Below, piece by piece: positions 16,196 to 24,564 of a stretch of DNA of 35,346 nucleotides. This DNA is from Candidatus Woesearchaeota archaeon. Lineage in GTDB: Archaea > Nanobdellota > Nanobdellia > SCGC-AAA011-G17 > GW2011-AR18. The stretch is from the NCBI GenBank assembly GCA_964395935.1, contig CAYNBR010000004.1:1-35346 (forward strand), written 5' to 3'. The notes under the pieces were generated by a model. The model searched no databases. It saw only the letters and a list, made by a program, of their open reading frames with translations, and was not told the DNA's origin. How positions within the stretch are numbered: position 1 is the first letter of the stretch; the number at the start of each line of letters is the position of its first letter. Position numbers and translations under genes: made by a program.

Positions 16196-16579
16196 ATGAA
16201 AAAAGAGTTTATCGGCATTGTATTATTAGCAATTTTTAGTGTTGCTTTATTTTTTAGTTTGAAAGCTAATACTTTTGTAGATTTAAGCGGTCATTTTGCT
16301 TATTTACCTAAAGGTTGTACAGATTCAGATAATTCTCCTAAGGTTAGTGACCCTCTACCAGGATTAGATGCTTTTGTAAGGGGTAAAGTAGAAGGTTTAA
16401 GTCATAATAATGAACAAATTTTGACAGTATATGATGGTTGTGCAGATAGTGAGACTGGGCTGCCACAAGATGAGGGACAATATTTGATAGAAGAGAATTG
16501 TTTGCCAGATAATAGAGTTAATTCTGTTTATCATAGATGTCCAAGTGGATATTCCTGTATATTTGGCGCTTGCAGATAA
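16196..16579 (+). CDS. small secreted or anchored protein with the same 6-Cys domain
   Basis: The track ORF starts at a TTG (16181). The ATG at 16196 gives MKKEFIGIVLLAIFSVALFF. The domain GCTDSDNS...DGCADS...IEENCLPDN...RCPSGYSCIFGAC is paralogous to the upstream gene. Confidence 0.6.
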   Translation: MKKEFIGIVLLAIFSVALFFSLKANTFVDLSGHFAYLPKGCTDSDNSPKVSDPLPGLDAFVRGKVEGLSHNNEQILTVYDGCADSETGLPQDEGQYLIEENCLPDNRVNSVYHRCPSGYSCIFGACR

Positions 16580-17671
16580 TTATTTTTTAAGAACTAAGAT
16601 ATAAAACTTTTTGTTTATGTAATCAATTTCTATCTGCTTTTCCTTTTTGAATTTATACTCTGCAGCATATTTTAATATTAGTTCTGGGAATTGAGTTAGT
16701 AAAACTATTAATCCTGTCTTTTTCAATATAAATTCTAATTGATAAAATAATTCTTTATAGATTTTTTCTAATAATTTTTCTGGAAGAGAATTTGTAGGAT
16801 AAACTGGGAATGTAATCACTTTATCTATTGAAGCCTTTTTAAATTTTGTGTCTATCCATTCAATTTCCATTCTACTAAAATTAATGTGTTTTTTAACTTG
16901 AGCTAATTTTGCATTTATTTCTGCGCAACTTAGATTATTTTGCAATGAATCTATAGCTGTTATGTTTAACTTTTTATTTTTTGTAGTATCTTTAAATTTT
17001 ACTTTTAAAATTTTATTGAATAACAATTTATCATTTAATTTTAAACAATTTGGAATTTCTAATGCATATTGTGCTGCTTCTATGATAATCTCTCCAGATT
17101 TGCAAAATGGGTCTAATAAAGAATCTTTTATTTTATAGTCTGCTATTCTTACTAGTGAGTATGCTAAGCATGGATTTATTGGGTTTGAAGTTAATTTTAT
17201 TCTATAATCTCTTTTAGATAATTTTATTCCAGTAAAATCAATTCCAATAAAACATTTGTTATCTATAATATCGACAATTATTGTTGTTTCTGCATTGTCT
17301 AAGTCTACTTTTACTTTAGAATTTTTGAAGATAACTGCACCTGCTTCTTTTTCTATATCTTGAGAACTAAAATCATGATTCCCAGATCTTTCACATCTTA
17401 CTACAAAGGATTCTTTTAGATAAGGAAATTTTACTTTTTCTATTATTTTTATTATTTCTTCTTTCGATTTAAAATCTAAATTTTCCAATAATAAATATGC
17501 TTTTAGAATGCTTCTTGAATAATAAACAAATTTTGCCAGGTCTTTTTCTGTTTTTATATTGAATAATAGTTTGGATGGATAAATTACTTCTGAACTAACT
17601 TTAATAATTTCTTTTAGTTCCTTTTCAGCAATAAATTCCAGGCCTTTTATACAAGCAGCTATAGCTTTCAT
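16580..17671 (-). CDS. THUMP-domain RNA methyltransferase-like protein (Trm14/COG0116-like) with degenerate SAM and catalytic motifs
   Basis: N-terminal THUMP-like region. LLDPFCKSGEIIIEAA replaces the usual DPxCGSGTxxIEAA, and ITFPVYP sits where (N/D)PPY is expected. Confidence 0.65.
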   Translation of the reverse strand: MKAIAACIKGLEFIAEKELKEIIKVSSEVIYPSKLLFNIKTEKDLAKFVYYSRSILKAYLLLENLDFKSKEEIIKIIEKVKFPYLKESFVVRCERSGNHDFSSQDIEKEAGAVIFKNSKVKVDLDNAETTIIVDIIDNKCFIGIDFTGIKLSKRDYRIKLTSNPINPCLAYSLVRIADYKIKDSLLDPFCKSGEIIIEAAQYALEIPNCLKLNDKLLFNKILKVKFKDTTKNKKLNITAIDSLQNNLSCAEINAKLAQVKKHINFSRMEIEWIDTKFKKASIDKVITFPVYPTNSLPEKLLEKIYKELFYQLEFILKKTGLIVLLTQFPELILKYAAEYKFKKEKQIEIDYINKKFYILVLKK

Positions 17672-17732
17672 TTTATATCTGTTTAATAGTGATTCTTATA
17701 AGGCTTTTTAAAATGAAGAAAAATACTTGGAA

Positions 17733-18005
17733 CTAGTATTTAATTCTAAATGTGTTAAATTCTCCAATATAAGGTTCTGAATTTACTCTAACTTCTTCTA
17801 TTTGTGCACCTATTGGACCCCTTTTACAAATATCTATAAGTTCTTTTAATTTTGCTTCATGGCCTTCAACAGTTACTTCTACTAAATTATTTGAAATATT
17901 TTTAGTGTAACCACTTAAACCTAGACTTTCAGCTCTGTCTTTCACAAATTGTCTAAAAAATACTCCTTGTACATGACCTTTTACAATTATACGAATTCTT
18001 TTCAT
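17733..18005 (-). CDS. acyP: acylphosphatase
   Basis: 90 aa with the signature VKGHVQGVFFRQF and GYTKN. Confidence 0.85.
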   Translation of the reverse strand: MKRIRIIVKGHVQGVFFRQFVKDRAESLGLSGYTKNISNNLVEVTVEGHEAKLKELIDICKRGPIGAQIEEVRVNSEPYIGEFNTFRIKY

Positions 18006-18066
18006 ACTATTCTATTGCAAAACTACTTTATTAATTTTATTGCCCTAAAAAGAAGATTATACTTAA

Positions 18067-18441
18067 TCATTTTGTAGAAGCTATTGCTAAGACTGCCTTT
18101 ACTGCTGATATTATTACACCAGGAAGAACAAATACCACTATATTTTTAATGCTATTTTGAAGCCATACTATCGGAACGTGTTCTATTGTTGTGCCTGTTA
18201 ACATTAAAGCTATTCCAGCTATTAAAAATGGAATAATTTCATGCGTTGTGATATTTAAAAAAGCGATTAATGTTCCTATAACTAATAAAAACCATAATAA
18301 TCCTGTTGAGTTTGAAGCTGTTTTATTGAATAAACCTAGGATAACTGCAATTGCAAAACCTATAATAAAAGACCATGTGCCAATTATTTCTATAGGTGAA
18401 TGTGTGACTTTTGGTTGAACTTTAACTTCTTCTTTTGCCAT
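18067..18441 (-). CDS. small multi-TM membrane protein, paralog of 19105..19458
   Basis: About four TM helices. It shares the motif FLNITTHEIIPFLIAGIAL with FLNVTTNETTPFLLAVVSL in the paralog. Confidence 0.6.
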   Translation of the reverse strand: MAKEEVKVQPKVTHSPIEIIGTWSFIIGFAIAVILGLFNKTASNSTGLLWFLLVIGTLIAFLNITTHEIIPFLIAGIALMLTGTTIEHVPIVWLQNSIKNIVVFVLPGVIISAVKAVLAIASTK

Positions 18442-18499
18442 GTTTAATTGGAGATTAAGTATTATTTAAGATTTATGTAAGAGCTTTTATGGTATGTAT

Positions 18500-19009
18500 C
18501 TATAACTTCATTTCTTCACGTATAATTTTATCCATTAAAGGTTCTCTCTCTAATCTCAATAAAAGACCGCTTTCTGTTTTTATATCATGAGTTGTGTGGT
18601 GGGGCCTAACTACTTCTTTTATTTCAACACCTTTATTCTTTAGTTCTGATACTAATTGTTCATATCCGAAATTAACTGGATAAACTTCTACATGATCATA
18701 TCCTTCTTTCTGGCTTTTATCTGGTTTTTGATCTGATAATTCTATTACATCAATATTTCCAATAATACTTGTCAAAGATTTTTTAAGTTTAATTACAGCT
18801 ATTCTTCTATCTGCGATAATAGATTGATATACGAAAACACTTTCATTTTCCAATATTGCTCTTATCTTTTCAAAAGATTCAGAAGAAGCACACTTATAGC
18901 ATAGGTGGTCTGCTTTTGCATGACGCTCAATTTTATAACATTGTATGGATTTCCCAAAAGAATCAAGCGCTCTTTGAGCAGAATCATAAAACTCAGAAAT
19001 ATTTTCCAT
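18500..19009 (-). CDS. YecM-like VOC-superfamily protein
   Basis: The pattern ADHLCYKC...RRIAVIKL...VIELSDQKPDKSQKEGYDHVEVYP parallels E. coli YecM (ADHISLRC...RPICLFKL...IVELPWPGEKRYPHEGWEHIEIVLP) as I recall it. Confidence 0.5.
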   Translation of the reverse strand: MENISEFYDSAQRALDSFGKSIQCYKIERHAKADHLCYKCASSESFEKIRAILENESVFVYQSIIADRRIAVIKLKKSLTSIIGNIDVIELSDQKPDKSQKEGYDHVEVYPVNFGYEQLVSELKNKGVEIKEVVRPHHTTHDIKTESGLLLRLEREPLMDKIIREEMKL

Positions 19010-19104
19010 CTTTTTTATTAGAAATGATTATATAAAAATGTTTTTATCTAGTTCTAAAAGAGTCTTAGTAGTTTATAGAAAATAAAATAAAAAAATAAAA
19101 GAAA

Positions 19105-19458
19105 TTAGTTGTGTGCTAAAGAATAGATTGTTCTTAAAGCTACAACTATTGTTGCTGGTACTACAAAGATAACTAATGCGCTTAGCATTTTAGCTAATGG
19201 TGCACCAACTACTTGGACACTACCTAGAACGTTTCCACCAAAACTTGTTACTATTACTAATGATACTACTGCCAATAAGAATGGAGTTGTTTCATTTGTT
19301 GTAACGTTTAGGAAACCTACTACTAGACCTACTACCACTAATGCGGAAACTAGCATTGGGCTTAGGTTCATAAATCCAGCTAATACAGATATAACTACGC
19401 CTAATAGGAATAGCCAAAATCCTAATTTCTGTGCCATATTACTTGAATTTTTTGCCAT
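19105..19458 (-). CDS. small multi-TM membrane protein, paralog of 18067..18441
   Basis: 117 aa with about four TM helices and the shared FLN(I/V)TTxE..PFL motif. Confidence 0.6.
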   Translation of the reverse strand: MAKNSSNMAQKLGFWLFLLGVVISVLAGFMNLSPMLVSALVVVGLVVGFLNVTTNETTPFLLAVVSLVIVTSFGGNVLGSVQVVGAPLAKMLSALVIFVVPATIVVALRTIYSLAHN

Positions 19459-19538
19459 AAGTTCTACCTCCTTTTATTAAATATAAGTTTATTTTTTATA
19501 AGGTTTTTATTATATAAAGATGATTTATTACTTATTAG

Positions 19539-20555
19539 TTATAATTTTTTAGCTAAATAAATTCCATCCTTTATGTCTAGAATTTGTACATTTATTGTAT
19601 CATTTATTTTATTGTTACAATCAAATATTGTGATACATCTGTTATTTGCTATAGCAATCATTTCACCTTTTAACCAGCCAGGCATAATTATTCTTGCTCT
19701 TACTTTATCTTCTCTGTGCATTACTAAAGGAACTTTTTTAGATTTTAAGATTTTGAAATCTATTGGGCCTAATTTTAATTTTATATCATATTTCTTTTCC
19801 CATTCTCCTAATTGCCTATAAAATTTAAACCAGCTTATCTCTTTTGTTTTTCTTTCTTTTCTTGAATATCTAAATATTTCATATTTTTGTATTGATATTT
19901 TACAATTTAATTTTTTAGCTAATTGAATTATTTCTTCTACATCTTTATCGTTAAATTTTGGAAGATAAACTGGTGTTAAATTTAATTCTATTTTTGAGTT
20001 GTTTATTAATTCTAATGTTCTTATTATGTTATCTACTTTGTAATTAGTTGAACCAAATAAATATTTAGAGAATTCTGGATTTGTTGAATGTATTGAGAAA
20101 TTAATTCTGTTTAAACCTGCTTCTTCTAATGCTTTTATTTTTGTTTCTGTTAGTAAAGTTCCGTTAGATTGCATTGTTACATATTGAATTCCTGGTAAGT
20201 TTTTAACTGCTTTTACTAATTCTGCTATTTGAGGATAAGCTGTTGGTTCTCCTACTGAATCTATATTTATTTGGTTAACTAAATTATCTTTTAATTTTAT
20301 AGTTTCTTTTATCCAGTCTAATAAATAATCTAATTCCACTGTGTAATTGTATGAGTGATTTTCTGAATTTGCAGATGTAGAACAAAAAGAACATTTCATG
20401 TTGCAAGCTGTTGAAGCCCTTACTTGTAATAAAGAAGAACCTCTGTCTACTACTCCAATATGAATTAAACCTAGTAAAGGAATGCCTGATTCTTTGTCTA
20501 TTTTTATTAGTTTACTTGAAATTTCTGGTTCTTGATATACTTCTAAAGTTTTCAT
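19539..20555 (-). CDS. radical SAM protein
   Basis: Contains the CNMKCSFC (CxxxCxxC) cluster motif and an SVGEPT glycine-rich motif. There is no second Cys-rich SPASM-type region. Confidence 0.8.
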   Translation of the reverse strand: MKTLEVYQEPEISSKLIKIDKESGIPLLGLIHIGVVDRGSSLLQVRASTACNMKCSFCSTSANSENHSYNYTVELDYLLDWIKETIKLKDNLVNQINIDSVGEPTAYPQIAELVKAVKNLPGIQYVTMQSNGTLLTETKIKALEEAGLNRINFSIHSTNPEFSKYLFGSTNYKVDNIIRTLELINNSKIELNLTPVYLPKFNDKDVEEIIQLAKKLNCKISIQKYEIFRYSRKERKTKEISWFKFYRQLGEWEKKYDIKLKLGPIDFKILKSKKVPLVMHREDKVRARIIMPGWLKGEMIAIANNRCITIFDCNNKINDTINVQILDIKDGIYLAKKL

Positions 20556-20605
20556 GTAGATCTAAATAAAGAAAAAGTTATAAATGCTATGAATCTATTA
20601 ATCTT

Positions 20606-20815
20606 ATGTATAAAGTATTGGGATTTACTATTACTAAAAAGAAGGAATTATATTTGACTTACTGTTCTATTGGGCTAATAGTACTTGCTCTTCTGTTTAA
20701 CATGGTTAATTTTAAAATTTTAACGACACTATTTTTAATATTTGCATTGTTTTTGTTAATTATTGCTAATTGGGAGAATTGGCTCTATGGTCCGCCAGCG
20801 CTCGGTAGCGGGTAA
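20606..20815 (+). CDS. small hypothetical membrane protein
   Basis: 69 aa with two hydrophobic segments. The 3' end runs into an unusually G+C-rich ~35-nt patch. Coding status is uncertain. Confidence 0.3.
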   Translation: MYKVLGFTITKKKELYLTYCSIGLIVLALLFNMVNFKILTTLFLIFALFLLIIANWENWLYGPPALGSG

Positions 20816-20821
20816 AATTAA

Positions 20822-21451
20822 ATGGGTAGCTTAATGAAATTTAAGATAAAAAATATTCACTATCACATATTTCTTTTATTTATTGTATTTGCTGTTTTAA
20901 TCTGGTCAGGTATAAATCCTTATGACAGGGGAGATTGGTGGCTTGAGATTATGCCCTTTTTAATTGCATTTCCTATACTTCTATTCACTTATGGTAGATT
21001 TACTTTATCTAATTTAGTTTATACTTTTATAGCAATTCATACTATAATTCTTGCTTATGGCGGACATACTACTTATGCTTTGGCTCCTTTAGGTGAATGG
21101 ATGAAAACTGTTTTTGGATTTACAAGAAATAACTATGATAAGATTGGACATTTTGCACAAGGTTTCTTTCCTTACTTTTATGTTAGAGAAATAATTTCAA
21201 GAACTTCAGTTTTAAAGAAAGGTAAGTGGCTTAATTTTATTTCAATATCTATTCCTTTAGCTTTTAGTGCGATTTATGAAATAATTGAATGGTTGGTTGC
21301 AATTTCTTCTTCTGTTGGTGAAGCATTCTTAGGAACTCAAGGTTATATTTGGGATACACAATCTGATATGTTATTATGTTTAATTGGGTCTATTGTGGCT
21401 TTGATTCTTTTGACTAAAGTTCATGATAATTCTATGAAGAAAAGTTATTAA
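20822..21451 (+). CDS. DUF2238/YjdF-like inner membrane protein
   Basis: Multi-TM protein. The motif NNYDKIGHFAQGFFPYFYVREII resembles the conserved YjdF-family motif as I remember it. Confidence 0.5.
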   Translation: MGSLMKFKIKNIHYHIFLLFIVFAVLIWSGINPYDRGDWWLEIMPFLIAFPILLFTYGRFTLSNLVYTFIAIHTIILAYGGHTTYALAPLGEWMKTVFGFTRNNYDKIGHFAQGFFPYFYVREIISRTSVLKKGKWLNFISISIPLAFSAIYEIIEWLVAISSSVGEAFLGTQGYIWDTQSDMLLCLIGSIVALILLTKVHDNSMKKSY

Positions 21452-21563
21452 TATACTATCTCTTATTAAGTTCATTAAACAATTTAAATATGAAAAGAAA
21501 CCCGATTTAGAACACTGGAAAAAATTGTTTGATCCGAGGAACGATTACATAGATTAATGTTAA

Positions 21564-21953
21564 TTATAAACTATTCATATTTTTTACAACTTTAATTATT
21601 TCATTATCAAAACATAATAATCTTTCACCAATTTTTATATTTAAGTATATCACTGAATAATCAACGAAGCTTAATTTCTTTTTTACATTTTTAGCTAGTT
21701 CTATAATTGATTCAAATTCTTTCTCATCTAGCCTATATATTAAAATTTTTTTATTTTTATTTAATTTTTCTACTACACTAATAGAGAAATCTAGTCCTTT
21801 TTTATAACATAAGACCGTAAATGTTTCTTCAATTACCCTGTCCAATATTAATATTTGTTCTTCCTTACATCTCTCAAGTTCTTTTTTTGCTGATTCATGT
21901 AACTCATCTTCTGCTAAAAATAGTGCCACTAAAAATGAGGTGTCAGCTATCAT
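21564..21953 (-). CDS. vapC: PIN-domain toxin VapC
   Basis: MIADTSFLVAL contains the first acidic residue. IEET, FVDYS and CFDNE supply the remaining PIN acidic positions. It overlaps vapB by 4 nt. Confidence 0.8.
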   Translation of the reverse strand: MIADTSFLVALFLAEDELHESAKKELERCKEEQILILDRVIEETFTVLCYKKGLDFSISVVEKLNKNKKILIYRLDEKEFESIIELAKNVKKKLSFVDYSVIYLNIKIGERLLCFDNEIIKVVKNMNSL

Positions 21954-22186
21954 CTGTTTGTTCTATAGATTATTTTATCGTGATTTTGGCTTATCTTCTT
22001 TTTATTTCCAGTATGTTTAAGGTTTTTTATCCATTGGATTAAATCGCTTAATTCTTCTGTTTTGTTTTCATTATTAACTGATAAATGTTCAATTATAACA
22101 TCGCTAAAACTAGAACCTTCTTTCTTTACTAGCTTTAGTAATCTATATGCTTCTTGAGATACACTAATTACTTTTACCATATGCAT
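21950..22186 (-). CDS. vapB: VapB-type antitoxin (archaeal ISxSxEAYxxL...SFSDVI family)
   Basis: VKVISVSQEAYRLLKLVKKEGSSFSDVIIEHL is typical of archaeal PIN-associated antitoxins. The real start may be the second ATG at 22180, which has better TATA spacing. Confidence 0.7.
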   Translation of the reverse strand: MHMVKVISVSQEAYRLLKLVKKEGSSFSDVIIEHLSVNNENKTEELSDLIQWIKNLKHTGNKKKISQNHDKIIYRTNR

Positions 22187-22200
22187 ATAGTATGCACATA

Positions 22201-22211
22201 TCTATATAAAA
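22201..22211 (-). promoter_or_regulatory. TATA-box-like element for vapBC
   Basis: ttttatataga on the minus strand is centred about 26 nt upstream of the ATG at 22180. Confidence 0.4.
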
Positions 22212-22261
22212 CTTTTGGAAAATAATCTTACTTTAAGAACTAATATTTTAGACTATAAAAT

Positions 22262-22270
22262 CTTATAAAC
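22262..22270 (+). promoter_or_regulatory. TATA-box-like element for the HerA-like gene
   Basis: cttataaac is centred about 26 nt upstream of the ATG at 22292. Confidence 0.4.
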
Positions 22271-22291
22271 TAATTACTAAGACAACTTATT

Positions 22292-24337
22292 ATGTTTTTA
22301 GGGAATATATTTAAAAAAAGCGGGACTAATAATTTTATATTTTTAGTTAAAGGGAATGCTAAGAAATTTATGTATATTCAAGTTAAACATAAAGAGGGTT
22401 ATAATGTTTTAGCTCAAATAGTTGAAATGGAAAAGGAAGGTGATGAAACTATAGCTAAATGTAATATTTTAGGCTATAGAGATAATGAAAATATATTAAA
22501 AAATTTAAGAACACCTTTAGAGCCAGGTAGTGAAGTTGTTTATGCTGATGATGATTTTGTAAGGAATACTTTAGGATTAGATAATAATGATAAGGGTGCT
22601 TATATTGGTGTTTTAGAAGATAGGGAAAATATTAAAGTTTACTTGGATTTGAATAGATTAATTACTAAACATGTATCTATTCTTGCTAAGTCTGGATCTG
22701 GTAAAAGTTTTTGTTCTTCTGTCCTCTTAGAGGAAATTATGGATAGAAATATTCCAATTGTAGTTATTGATCCTCATGGTGAATATTCTAGTCTAAAATA
22801 TCCGAGTGATAAAAAAGAAAATTTGAAAAAATTTGGATTAGAACCTAAAGCTTATTATAAATCTATACAAGAATATAGTCCAGATGTTGAGAAAAATATG
22901 GAGGCTAGGCCTTTAAAATTAAGTGCTAAAAATTTAAGTGGAACAGAATTAATGCATTTATTGCCTGCTAAATTGTCTAGTCAGCAAATTGGTTTATTGT
23001 ATAGTGCTTTAAGTGATATGAATAAAGAAGCAGATTTTGATCAGCTGATAATGAGTTTACAAGCAGAGGAACATAATGCTAAATGGGCTTTGATAAATAT
23101 TATTGAGTATTTAAAAAAACTAAATATATTTTCAGATGCTTCTACAAGTGTAAATGAATTAGTAAGTGTTGGGAAATGTACGATAATAAATCTAAGAGGT
23201 GTGCCAGCTGAGGTACAAGAAGTTATTGTATATAAAATAGTAAATGATTTATTTAATGCAAGAAAACAGGGAATAATTCCTCCGTTTTTTTTGGTTCTTG
23301 AAGAATGTCATAATTTTGCACCTGAAAGAAGTTTTGGGGAAGTAAAAAGTTCTTCAATATTGAGACAAGTAATAGCTGAAGGAAGAAAATTTGGTTTAGG
23401 GGTTTGTGTAGTTACTCAGAGACCTGCAAGATTAGATAAAACTATACTTTCACAATGTAATACTCAAATAATAATGAAAGTTACTAATCCTAATGATTTA
23501 AGGTCTATAAGTGCAGGAATTGAAGGAATAACTTCTGAAACTGAAAATGAAATTATAAATTTACATGTCGGCAGTGCGTTAATAGCAGGGATAGCAGATA
23601 CTCCCTTATTTGTCCAAGTAAGACCTAGAAAAACTAAACATGGCGGAGAAGCTATAGATATCGTAGGAACTTTCAGAGATATTAAAACTGAAAATAATTC
23701 AATAGAGATAACTAAAGATTTTAAGATTAAAGGCAGCAAAGAAGTTTTAAGTTTGATAAGGCCTAAAGTTATGAAAAATGATATTCAATTATTGGTTAAT
23801 AAAAAAATTAAGAATTTAAAATCAATATTAATTCCTTGTTCTTTAATTAGCTGTAAAGATAAAACTAATTTTGAATTTAATTTACTTTATAATTTAAATA
23901 ATGGACATATTATAACAGATGTTGAAAGGGGAGTTGGTAAAAGTTTTGATTTTCCTATTATAAAATTGTCTGATAAAGAGAATAAACTGTTTAATTTTTG
24001 TATTAATTTTGGTAAAGAATTTACTGCTGCAGATTTATTTTCTAAATCTGGATTAATGTTTTCTGAAGTTTATGATATTATAAATAATTTAGTTAAAAAA
24101 GGATTTTTTGTAAAAATTAATGATAAGTATACTGTAAGCGAAGTGCTAAGTATAATGTCAGATTTAAAGAAATATGCCTGTTATGAGAAAAATGAATTTA
24201 TGGGTTTTGAATATGATGAGAAAGCTAATGTTAAGTTTGAATTAAACAATGCATTGGATATGCTTAGAAGATTTGTTAATGTTGGGAATACTAAAGATTG
24301 TTTTATTGTTAAATATGATGTAGAATATGCTAATTAA
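22292..24337 (+). CDS. HerA/FtsK-superfamily (DUF87) ATPase with a ~225-aa C-terminal extension
   Basis: N-terminal HAS-barrel-like region, Walker A ILAKSGSGKSF, Walker B FFLVLEECHNFAP, and GRKFGLGVCVVTQRPARLDKTILSQCNTQIIMKVTNPNDL. The extension begins after VRPRKTKHGG. Confidence 0.85.
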   Translation: MFLGNIFKKSGTNNFIFLVKGNAKKFMYIQVKHKEGYNVLAQIVEMEKEGDETIAKCNILGYRDNENILKNLRTPLEPGSEVVYADDDFVRNTLGLDNNDKGAYIGVLEDRENIKVYLDLNRLITKHVSILAKSGSGKSFCSSVLLEEIMDRNIPIVVIDPHGEYSSLKYPSDKKENLKKFGLEPKAYYKSIQEYSPDVEKNMEARPLKLSAKNLSGTELMHLLPAKLSSQQIGLLYSALSDMNKEADFDQLIMSLQAEEHNAKWALINIIEYLKKLNIFSDASTSVNELVSVGKCTIINLRGVPAEVQEVIVYKIVNDLFNARKQGIIPPFFLVLEECHNFAPERSFGEVKSSSILRQVIAEGRKFGLGVCVVTQRPARLDKTILSQCNTQIIMKVTNPNDLRSISAGIEGITSETENEIINLHVGSALIAGIADTPLFVQVRPRKTKHGGEAIDIVGTFRDIKTENNSIEITKDFKIKGSKEVLSLIRPKVMKNDIQLLVNKKIKNLKSILIPCSLISCKDKTNFEFNLLYNLNNGHIITDVERGVGKSFDFPIIKLSDKENKLFNFCINFGKEFTAADLFSKSGLMFSEVYDIINNLVKKGFFVKINDKYTVSEVLSIMSDLKKYACYEKNEFMGFEYDEKANVKFELNNALDMLRRFVNVGNTKDCFIVKYDVEYAN

Positions 24338-24540
24338 AAACCGTATTGAGATTCACTCGCTTCTGTTAATCTTTTGGCTATAGAAGCATAAGTAATTTTC
24401 ACTTTATTGGATAAGCTAGTTAATCTATCTGATTCTTCTCTTGTTATCGGCGTATCTCTCAATCTGGAAGCTGCTTTAGCTCGTAGTGCTTCATAGCGTC
24501 TTTCTATTCTCTCATATTGAACGAATTCATCCATTATCAT
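24334..24540 (-). CDS. small hypothetical helical protein
   Basis: 68 aa, charged and helical, and somewhat more G+C-rich than its neighbours. It lies 24 nt downstream of cbf5 on the same strand. Its stop codon overlaps the HerA-like stop convergently. Confidence 0.4.
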   Translation of the reverse strand: MIMDEFVQYERIERRYEALRAKAASRLRDTPITREESDRLTSLSNKVKITYASIAKRLTEASESQYGF

Positions 24541-24564
24541 GATTTTAGTAATAAAGAAATCTTT

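Noticed and set aside
20781-20815. A conspicuously G+C-rich patch (ggctctatggtccgccagcgctcggtagcgggta) at the end of the 69-aa ORF. I considered a tRNA fragment or att-site remnant, or a structured RNA.
   Set aside because: I could only fold a 4-bp stem with a tetraloop (CGCT-CGGT-AGCG). There is no cloverleaf arm or T-loop motif, and it is too short to call anything. It might merit a BLAST search but is unsupported here.
21438-21557. A stop-free frame in the DUF2238-vapC spacer encoding ...KQFKYEKKPDLEHWKKLFDPRNDYID*, possibly a gene remnant.
   Set aside because: There is no ATG, GTG or TTG start in frame and no recognisable family. It is short enough to arise by chance.
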